Shown: positions 19,771 through 27,605 of the stretch, piece by piece | Layout: each line of letters begins with the position of its first letter | Numbering within the stretch: the stretch's first letter is position 1 | Assembly: GCA_963793605.1 (NCBI GenBank) | Contig: CAWCAH010000003.1 | Location: 95,534 to 159,533, forward strand | Source: an uncultured Thermoleophilia bacterium | Lineage (GTDB): Bacteria; Actinomycetota; Thermoleophilia; UBA2241 | Reading direction: 5' to 3' | Length of the DNA stretch: 64,000 bases | Program-made: the position numbers and the translations under genes | The notes under the pieces: model-generated | The model's input: the letters and a program-made list of their open reading frames with translations, nothing else | What the model was told of the DNA's origin: nothing | Databases searched by the model: none

Positions 19771-20749
19771 GTGAGCCGAGGCGGACGACGAACGCACGAA
19801 GGACCGGCCGCCGAGGTGACCCCGGCTCTGCGTGACCTCGGCGCGGCCATCGGCGCGCCCGACTTCATCCTCCCCTGGCTCGACAGGCTCTATGACGAGG
19901 ACGACGTCGACCTGGTCCTCGCCGCCGCGGCCGGCGGCGCTCTCCGGCCGAGGCGGCCGGGCCGCCGGCGAACGCGCGCGCCTGGACCGCGCCTACCGCC
20001 GCGCCATCCTCGACCGGGACGAGGCCGGCGAGTACACGCCGGCCGACCTGCACACGCGGCTCGAGTACTGGGCCATGTTCGAGGGCTGGAAGGACGTGCC
20101 GCTGGCCGTCCACCGGCGGCTCGCCGACTGGGACGTCGACCACTACGCCGGCACGATCCGCGCCGACGTCGAGAGCGCTGCGCGACGGGCGCCCGAACGA
20201 CTCCTACGCGGCCACCTACACCTACGTGCTGCTCCACGAGGCCGAGGCGATCCTCGGCGCCCAGGCCGCACATCTACCTGTGGCCGTGCAACTGCCGCGC
20301 CATCGTCGGCAAGTGCCGCAAGCCCAGGGACGTGTGCCTGCGCTTCGAGAACGACCGCGGCGTTGGCTGGGAGATCTCCGCGGAGCGAGCGTTAAGGTCC
20401 TCCGCACGACCGACAAGGCGGGCCTGATGCACACGGCCGACTACGCCGGACGATCCCGCGGCCGCGACCTCCATCTGCAACTGCTGCACCGACTGCTGCT
20501 ACCCCCACCTCGCCGGTGAGCGACTGGGGGTGAGCGACGTGTGGCCGGTGCGCCGGTACGTCGCCCGCATCGACATGGACCTCTGCAAGAGCTGCGGACG
20601 CTGCGGCCTGCGCTGCCCGTTCGAGGCCATCGTCGCCGCGCCGACGGACGGCCGGCGCTCGACGCCCGCGCCTGTGCCGCGGCTGCGGGCTGTGCCAGAC
20701 CGGCTGCAGCACCGACGCCATCGAGCTTCTCTCCATCGGTGAGGACTGA
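19771..20749 (+). pseudogene. Cys-rich protein with a C-terminal 2x[4Fe-4S] ferredoxin domain, about 6 frame changes
   Basis: GTG 19771 follows GAGAGGAG. Conserved segments alternate among three frames: APDFILPWLDRLYDEDDVDLVL; RLDRAYRRAILDRDEAGEYTPADLHTRLEYWAMFEGWKDVP; YTYVLLHEAEAILG; HIYLWPCNCRAIVGKCRKPRDVCLRFEND; KVLRTTDKAGLMHTADYA; ICNCCTDCCYPH...IDMDLCKSCGRCGLRCPFEAI; CRGCGLCQTGCSTDAIELL. Confidence 0.55.
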
Positions 20750-20755
20750 GCACCC

Positions 20756-22246
20756 ATGGATCACGATCCGCTGCACGACTTCCAGCTGCTCATCCGCTCG
20801 CGGTACGGGGCGCTGCTCGTCGAGACCGCCGAGGACGACCGCGCCGAGGATCTCGCCACGCGGGCGGCCTGGCAGCTCCAGCTGCCGCTGTTCGTGTGGA
20901 GGCGCGCCACCGGGCTGTCCAGGGTGGGCGCGCCCAACAGCGTCTACGGCACGGCGGACCCGCGCAGCGCGCTGAGCCACGTCATCAACTCGGAGAGCCC
21001 GGCCCTGTACGTGTTCCACGGCCTGGGGCCGGACCTCGAGAAGCCTGACGTGGCCGACCTGCTGCGCGAGGCGGCGCGCCGACTCGCCGGCCGCTCGGGC
21101 GCCCTCGTCCTCACCGGCGAGAGCGTCAAGCTGCCGGAGTCGCTGCGCGCGGAGGTCGGGCCGCTCCGTCTGCCGCTGCCGGCGACGGAGGAGTACCGCG
21201 CGCTGCTCCGCCGCGTCGTCAAGGAGCTCTCCGGGCGGGCGGGCGTGCGGGTGTCGCTGACGCCGTCCGACGAGGACCGCCTGCTGGCCAACCTGCAGGG
21301 GCTCACTCTGGCCGAGGCGGAGAAGCTCCTCACCCGTGTGATGGTCGAGGACGGCAGACTCGACGCCGGAGACATCGGCCACGTCATCGAGGCGAAGCGG
21401 GAGCTCGTCGAGCGCGACGGCCTGCTGGAGTACCAGCCTGCGACCCAGTCCCTGGACGAGATCGCCGACCTCGTGCGCCTCAAGGAGTGGCTCGACAAGC
21501 GCAAGCTCTTCATGGAGGACCCGCAGCGCGCAGTGGACTTCGGGCTCGAGTTCCCCCGAGGCATCCTCCTGGTGGGAGTCCCAGGCTGCGGCAAGAGCCT
21601 CTGCGCCAAGGCGGTCGCGGCGGCGTGGGGACTCCCCCTCGTCAGGCTCGACCCCGGGGCGCTCTACGACAAGTACATCGGCGAGACGGAGCAGAACTTC
21701 CGCAAGGCGGTGGCCGCCGCGGACCGCCTCGCACCGCTGGTGCTCTGGATCGACGAGCTCGAGAAGGCGTTCGCCGCCGGCGGCGGGGACGAGGACGGCG
21801 GGACGTCCCTGCGTGTCCTGGGCGCGTTCCTCTCCTGGCTGCAGGAGCGGAAGGGGGACGTCTTCGTGGTCGCCACCGCCAACGACGTCCAGCGGCTGCC
21901 GGCCGAGCTGCTGCGCAAGGGCCGGTTCGACGAGACGTTCTTCGTCGACCTGCCGGACGAGGCGGCGCGGGCGTCCATCCTGAGCATCCACCTGCGCCGC
22001 CGCAAGCAGGCGCCGGAGCAGTTCGACCTGCTCGCTCTCGCGCGCGAGAGCGAGGGGTACAGCGGGGCCGAGCTGGAGCAGGTGGTGATCTCGGCCCTCT
22101 ACACGGCGTTCTCCGCCAAGACTCCGCTCACCACTGCCTTGTTGCGCGACGAGCTCAAAGCCACGCCACCCATCGTCTCCACGGCGCGCGAGAGGATCGC
22201 CTTCGTGCGCCAGTGGGCCGACGGCCGGACGGTGCCCGCGAACTGA
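20756..22246 (+). CDS. AAA+ ATPase (single C-terminal AAA module, Ycf46/CDC48-like)
   Basis: 496 aa. Walker A GILLVGVPGCGKS, Walker B LVLWIDELEK, second region of homology ATANDVQRLPAELLRKGRFDETFFVDLP. Confidence 0.85.
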   Translation: MDHDPLHDFQLLIRSRYGALLVETAEDDRAEDLATRAAWQLQLPLFVWRRATGLSRVGAPNSVYGTADPRSALSHVINSESPALYVFHGLGPDLEKPDVADLLREAARRLAGRSGALVLTGESVKLPESLRAEVGPLRLPLPATEEYRALLRRVVKELSGRAGVRVSLTPSDEDRLLANLQGLTLAEAEKLLTRVMVEDGRLDAGDIGHVIEAKRELVERDGLLEYQPATQSLDEIADLVRLKEWLDKRKLFMEDPQRAVDFGLEFPRGILLVGVPGCGKSLCAKAVAAAWGLPLVRLDPGALYDKYIGETEQNFRKAVAAADRLAPLVLWIDELEKAFAAGGGDEDGGTSLRVLGAFLSWLQERKGDVFVVATANDVQRLPAELLRKGRFDETFFVDLPDEAARASILSIHLRRRKQAPEQFDLLALARESEGYSGAELEQVVISALYTAFSAKTPLTTALLRDELKATPPIVSTARERIAFVRQWADGRTVPAN

Positions 22247-22252
22247 CCGGCG

Positions 22253-23689
22253 TCAGGGCGCCGGCACCACCGCGTCGAGCTGCTCGACGATGCCCTCGGG
22301 CAGCGACGCGACCTCGTGCGTCGCCAGGAGCTCGAGCGCCCGCCGGCGCGCCTTCTCGGTCGCGTCCAGCGCGCCGCCCTCGGCCCAGCGGTCGTAGCTG
22401 GCGCGGTTCAGGATCTTGCCGCGCCACTGCTCCTCGCGCAGGTGCTTGCGCGTGTGCCGCTGGCCGAGATAGTCGCCGCCGGGGCCGACGGCCTTGAGCA
22501 CGTCGACGGCCAGCGTCTCGTCGTCGACCTCTATCGGCCTGAGCAGGTGCCGGTTGCGGCTGATGAACTCGGCCACCAGGACGACCTCGGCGAGGGAGCC
22601 GGAGAGGCCGAAGTCCATGTAGCCCACGTCATGGTTGAGGTTGGCGCCCAGCTGCATGGAGAGCTTGGTGATCTCGTCGGCCTCCATGCCCGCCTGGGCG
22701 TCCACCACCTGCGCGTCGGTGTGGCCGCTGAACCCCCAGTTGGGGATGTCCAGCCACTTGGCCATCTCGCACTCCAGCGCGTACGCGCGGATGAACTCCG
22801 GCGAGTTGTACGACGACTGCGACGTCGCCATGTCGAGCGTGTTGGGGCCCTGGCCGATGACGAACGGGGCCCCCGGCGCACGCAGCTGGTGCATCACCAG
22901 GCCGAACAGCGCCTCGGCGATACCGAGGGTGATCTGGCCGGGCGTTGTGATCGGCGCGGTGCCGCCGGCGACCGGCGACGGGCAGTACGTGGACGGCACG
23001 CCCTTGTCGGCGCAGAAGAGCAGCTTGTCGACCGTCTCGTAGGGGTGCTTGAGCGGCGTGACCGGCTGGTTGTACATGATGAAGTACGGCTTGTCGCGAA
23101 GCGCCTGCTCGCCGCCGCGGACGGCGCAGGCCATGCGCCACATGGGCTCTACGGTCTCGACGCCGCCGGCGGTCATCACGAGCGGCTTGGTGGTGGCCGG
23201 GATCATCGCGCGGAACTGCTTGGGGTAGGCCTCCTGCGCGTCCATGCCGTCCGGGTACGCGCCCGACATGACGAAGTCGAGCTCGGGCAGCGAGTCGCAG
23301 AGGCGGGCCGCCTCGGCCACGTCCGCCATCTTGCCGAGGCGGCGCTCCCCGGTCTCGAGGTCGTGCAGGTGCATGACGTCCGAGCCGTTGCCGAAGTAGC
23401 TGCGGCGACCACCGAGGTCCATGGCGGGCTCGCCGGCGCGGTCGTAGACCACGAAGCTCGCCGGCACGGACTCACGCGCCTGCTCGACGAGCGCGGCCGG
23501 CACGTGCACGAGGCCGTCCGCGTCCCTGGTACAGCCGCCGTCCAGCATCACCTGCTCGCCCTCTTCGTGGAGGACGATCATGCCCATCTCCGAGAGGATG
23601 CCGAGGGCCGCGTCGTAGATGCGCCGCTTCTGGTCCTCGTTGAGGAAGCTGACGCGCCCGGCGCCGATCTCCTTGCTGCTGTCTGCCAT
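22253..23689 (-). CDS. MttB-superfamily methyltransferase, non-pyrrolysine paralog (quaternary amine:corrinoid methyltransferase-like)
   Basis: ATG 23689 follows GGGAG. Collinear with the other MttB-family genes here. His occupies the position of the Pyl codon (NWGFSG-H-TDAQVVDAQAG). No internal stop. Confidence 0.85.
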   Translation of the reverse strand: MADSSKEIGAGRVSFLNEDQKRRIYDAALGILSEMGMIVLHEEGEQVMLDGGCTRDADGLVHVPAALVEQARESVPASFVVYDRAGEPAMDLGGRRSYFGNGSDVMHLHDLETGERRLGKMADVAEAARLCDSLPELDFVMSGAYPDGMDAQEAYPKQFRAMIPATTKPLVMTAGGVETVEPMWRMACAVRGGEQALRDKPYFIMYNQPVTPLKHPYETVDKLLFCADKGVPSTYCPSPVAGGTAPITTPGQITLGIAEALFGLVMHQLRAPGAPFVIGQGPNTLDMATSQSSYNSPEFIRAYALECEMAKWLDIPNWGFSGHTDAQVVDAQAGMEADEITKLSMQLGANLNHDVGYMDFGLSGSLAEVVLVAEFISRNRHLLRPIEVDDETLAVDVLKAVGPGGDYLGQRHTRKHLREEQWRGKILNRASYDRWAEGGALDATEKARRRALELLATHEVASLPEGIVEQLDAVVPAP

Positions 23690-23777
23690 GGTCACTCCCG
23701 GAGCGAGATTGCCGACGAGGCGGCCCCGGACTGCTGCGCCGGGGGCCGCCTCGCCGAACACTACACTGTTTGCGGAG

Positions 23778-25247
23778 CTACTTCACTCCGAGTTCGTTCT
23801 CCGCGGCAGCGATAATCGACTTAAGTTCTGCCGAGACGCCCTCCGGCAGCGGCTCCGGCTGGTGCGTCTCCAGGATCCGCCGGGCCTCGGCGAGCGAACG
23901 GTCGTACAGCGTGGTCGACCCGGCGGCGGTCCACTCCTCGCGGACCCGCCGGTCGATGAGCTTCGAGCTCGACTGCCCGCGCATACCGGCGTACGTGTCG
24001 TCGTGCGAGAGGAAGTCCTTGAAGGGACCGATCTCGGCGATGACGTCGACCGACAGCGTCGCGTCCGTGACCGGGATGCCCGGCACGGTGAACTTGACCA
24101 TGCGCGCGAACTCCGCGTCCATGACCAGCTGCGCGTAATCGATGGTGACGCCCGACTCCAGCATCCCCAGCCCGTAGATCAGGTTGGCCCCTGCCAACGC
24201 CGGCAGCAGGCTGGTGATCGTCTTCTCGTGACCGGATTGGGCGTCCGCCACTTTGGAGTCGCCCTACGCACCGGCCACCCAGCTGGGCAGCAGGTAGAAG
24301 CGCGCGAGGCAGGCGACCCCGGCCCCGATCATGCCGCACTCGGGGCTGCCGACCGAGGCGCTGGCGAAGCGCAGGTCCAGCGCGGTCGTCGATGAGCCGT
24401 AGATGACCGGCGCGCCCCTCTTCGTGAGCTGCGCCAGCGTGATGCCGCTGAGCACCTCGGCGTTGTGCGTGACGAGCGTGCCGGCGAGCGAGACGGGAGA
24501 GGAGCCGCCGGCCATCGCCATGCTGAGCACGTTGACGGGGATGCCGGCGCGAGCGCCCTCGATGATGATCTCGCAGGCGTCCTTGACCAGCTTGAGCGGG
24601 CTCACCGGGCAGGTGAGGAAGCTGAGGATCGGGCGGCGGCGCAGCTGCTCCCGCCCCCCGACGATGGCCGCGGCCATGTCGATCATCTTGCGCGCGCAGA
24701 AGCCGCTGAGCGGGCCGATGGTCGCGTGCTTGGTGGTGTTGCTGAAGATCGCCTCGGCGTTGTGCAGCGCGGCCGTCTCCGGCGGCGCGTCGTGGGCGCC
24801 GAGCGGCCGCTCGACCACGTCGATCTCCGGCAGTGCGTCGATGATCTTCGTACAGTCGGCGACGTCCTGCTTGCGGCTCTCGTGCAGCTCGCCGGTGTAC
24901 GGGTCGACGACCTGGATGCCCTCGCCGAAGTTGGTGAAGCCGACCCGGCCGTCCTCGAGCACGACGTCCCTGGCCGGGTCGCGACCGCACAGGACGACGG
25001 TGGAGGGCGCCGAGCGGAGGGCGTCCTCGACGAGGTGCGCCGGCAGGCGCACCACGTTCTGCTCGCCGTCGACCTCGGCGCCGGCCGCCGCGAAGATCTC
25101 ACGGGCCTCGTCGTCCTCGACGAAGACGCCCGTGCGCGACAGCACTTCGAGCGTCGCGCCGTGGATCTCCCGCAGCTCGTCCTCCGTGAACACCTCGAGC
25201 CTGAAACCGCCGCTCTTGCGCGCTCCCGCGCGCGGGTTCCTTCTCAT
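23778..25247 (-). CDS. mttB: Trimethylamine:corrinoid methyltransferase with an in-frame TAG (putative pyrrolysine) at codon 328
   Basis: Track ORFs 24264..25247 and 23778..24251 are in the same frame. They are separated by TAG (plus-strand cta, 24264-24266) plus 4 sense codons. Joined product is 489 aa: ...ARFYLLPSWVAGA-TAG-GDSKVADAQSGHEK.... GAGGAGG RBS before ATG 25247. Confidence 0.85.
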
Positions 25248-25469
25248 CTCGACCTCCTCACCAGTTTGCCGCCGGGCCGTCGGCCCGGCGGCCCATCCGA
25301 CCGCGGTGAGCGGTCAATGCCACCATCATGGGGCAGAAAGCCGCCGGCCGGCTCAGCAAAGGGCGCAGTCTCGCCGGCCGGCGGCCTCCTCATGGCGAGT
25401 GCGGCAGCGCCGCTCGCCGCCCGCCCGCGCTGGCCGGCGCGGACGGGATCTTCTGACGACTTCGGCCGC

Positions 25470-26096
25470 CTACCCCACCAGCTCCTTCGCCCGCTCCACC
25501 GCCATGCCGGCGTTGGCGCCGTAGCCGTCGGCGCCGATCTCCTCGGCCCAGGCGGCCGTGACCGGGGCGCCGCCGACCATCACCTTGACGCTCTCGCGCA
25601 GGCCGGACTCCTTGAGACGCGCGATCGTCTCGGCCATGTGCGGCAGGGTGGTCGTGAGCAGGGCGCTCATGCCGACGATCTGCGGCTGGTGCTCCCGCAC
25701 GGCGGCGACGAAGGCCTCGGCCGTGACCCCGGTGCCGAGGTTGACGACCGTGAAGCCGGCGCCCGAGAGCAGCATGCCGACGAGGTTCTTGCCGATGTCG
25801 TGCAGGTCGCCCTCGACGGTGCCGATGACGACGGTTCCGAAGCCCGAGCCCTCGCCCTCGGCCATCAGCGGGCGCAGCAGGTCGAGGCAGGCCTGCATCA
25901 CCCGCGCGCTGAGCAGCACCTCGGGGATGAAGCACTCGCCCTCGCGCATGCGCGCTCCGACGACGTCCATGCCCGGCAGGAGCGCCTCGTCGAGGATCTC
26001 GCGCGGCGCCGCGCCGCTCGCGACGAGCGCCTGCGTCATCGCCAGGGCGACGGCCTCGTTGCCGTCGATGATGGACTGCTTGAGCTGGTCTTTCAT
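25470..26096 (-). CDS. Corrinoid (B12-binding) protein of the methylamine methyltransferase system (MtbC/MttC-like)
   Basis: 208 aa. B12-binding-2 helical cap followed by the DxHxxG motif (GDLHDIGKN) and SALLTTT...VMVGGAPV. Sits between mtbB and mttB. TAG stop. Confidence 0.9.
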   Translation of the reverse strand: MKDQLKQSIIDGNEAVALAMTQALVASGAAPREILDEALLPGMDVVGARMREGECFIPEVLLSARVMQACLDLLRPLMAEGEGSGFGTVVIGTVEGDLHDIGKNLVGMLLSGAGFTVVNLGTGVTAEAFVAAVREHQPQIVGMSALLTTTLPHMAETIARLKESGLRESVKVMVGGAPVTAAWAEEIGADGYGANAGMAVERAKELVG

Positions 26097-26101
26097 GCCG
26101 A

Positions 26102-27496
26102 TCAGCCTCCCGCCGTGCGTTCCTTGAACTTCTCGACACTGTTGATCGGCACGTCCAGCACACGGGCGATGTTGAACTTCGCCTCGATCTGGTTGGCCTG
26201 CCACGGCTGGCTGATCGCGTAGCTGTGCACGCGACCGAACCCGTGCTCGTTGCGCACGTCGGTCATCACGACCGGGTCGGAGAGATCGAACGGTGTCACG
26301 CCGAGCTTGTCGGCGACGTACTGCTTGGCTTCCTTGAGGCGCATGCCCCGAGTCATCTGCATACGGGCAACCAGGTCTCCGGCTGCGCGAATACCGCCGA
26401 TGCTCGCGGCTTGTGCGTGGGCGTTGTGCATCCCGTGGGGATCGCCCGAGCCCACCTACAACCCGTCGACGTGCAGCAGTTCGACGAAGGACTTCGCCGC
26501 GCGGCAGACAGCGTCGGAAGGCAGATGGACGAACATCGGCACGCCGCCGACGCCCATACCGGCGTTGGGGTGCACGGGGATCGTCGCCACCTCCATGCAC
26601 GGCTTGATGAGAGCGATCGTGCGCGCCATGTTCCAGGCGAGCGACTTGCCCGTGTTGATGTTGACCACAGGGCCGAACATGGTGGCGCCGGCCTCCTGGG
26701 CCAGCAGCAGCTGGTCCTTGGGCCACAGGCCGGCGAGGCGCTTGCCGCCCCACTCGAGCTCACCGTGCATGCCGAGCACGAACTCGCCGGCCATGCCCAG
26801 CTCGACGCCCATGTCCGGGTACTTCTCGCGGATGATCTTGGTGGCGCGCAGGGCGGCGAGGAACTCCGGGTCGCCCGAGGCGCCGGTGGTGTCCCAGTCG
26901 AGCGCGTCGGCTCCGGCTTCCCACTGCGAGTCGGCGAGCTTGACCATGTCGACCACGGCCATCTCGATCGCTTCTTCCTCAGCCTCCCGGGCCTCGGCGA
27001 TCTTGCCGAGCGGGAGCAGCTCGTTCCAGTTGTCGCAGGGGCCGTCGGGCTTGGAGTAGAGGCCGAGGTTGGTCATGACGCCGTACTGCAGCGGCGCGAT
27101 GGTCGCGAGCTGGGCGTCGTGCATGTACTGCGCCTCATAGGCGAGGATCGTGCGTACGACCTTGAGTGAGTAGTCGCCGACGCAGAGCTCGAGCAGGTCG
27201 GCGCCCATCCACTGCTCGTAGCTCTGCAGGTCCTGGATGCGGGTCGCGTGCGTCTTCATGCCGGTGCCGTCGCAGCTGAGGACGATCTCCTCGCCGACGT
27301 CGACGCCGATGAAGCGCAGCGGCGACGCGTAGATCTCGAGCAGGTGGTCGATCTCGTCGTCGGTCAGCAGCGGCACCTTGGCGCGCTTGGCCGCCACCTC
27401 CGAGCCGGCGACGAGATCCGCCCGGATCTCACTGCGCGTCAGCTGCGTGAAGGTACCGTCGCCCATGCGGGTCGGTATCCTGGGCTCGTTCGTCAT
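26102..27496 (-). CDS. mtbB: Dimethylamine:corrinoid methyltransferase with an in-frame TAG (putative pyrrolysine) at codon 347
   Basis: Track ORFs 26456..27553 and 26102..26455 abut in the same frame, separated only by TAG (plus-strand cta, 26456-26458). Joined product is 464 aa: MTNEPRIPTRMGDG...NAGMGVGGVPMF...ELLHVDGL-TAG-VGSGDPHGMH...AAGDLVARMQMTRGMRLKEAKQYVADKLG. It is collinear with MtbB as I remember it. Confidence 0.88.
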
Positions 27497-27545
27497 GCGC
27501 TCCCTCCCAAAGCGTGCGCCGGCGCGCCGCAGGGCGCGCCGGTCA

Positions 27546-27565
27546 CTAATCAACCGGTCAATTAG
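27546..27565. promoter_or_regulatory. 20-bp palindromic operator CTAATCAACCGGTCAATTAG upstream of mtbB (candidate TetR site)
   Basis: 8/10 palindromic. 17/20 identical to the site at 44137-44156 next to the TetR gene. Lies 50 nt upstream of the mtbB ATG. Confidence 0.55.
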
Positions 27566-27605
27566 CTGCCACTACACCGCAGCGACGTGGCGAAGTCAAG
27601 CGCGG

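Noticed and set aside
23778-26455. PYLIS-like stem-loops immediately 3' of the internal TAG codons
   Set aside because: Only short 5-bp stems were seen within about 100 nt downstream: ATCCC-CAC-GGGAT after the mtbB TAG and CTGCC-GGCGTT-GGCAG after the mttB TAG. This is not distinguishable from chance in GC-rich coding DNA.
24264-26458. Interpreting the two in-frame TAGs as nonsense mutations or assembly errors producing split pseudogenes
   Set aside because: Both fall at the positions homologous to the pyrrolysine codons of MttB and MtbB. The downstream parts stay in frame and conserved to the normal C-termini. The contig's typical defects are indels, not substitutions. Read-level confirmation is still needed.
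25248-27605. Cobalamin riboswitch controlling the corrinoid-protein operon
   Set aside because: I could not find the B12-box-like core or the conserved GGTGAAA/GCCACTG elements in the leader or the internal spacer. Only simple GC hairpins are present. A cmsearch with RF00174 would settle it.
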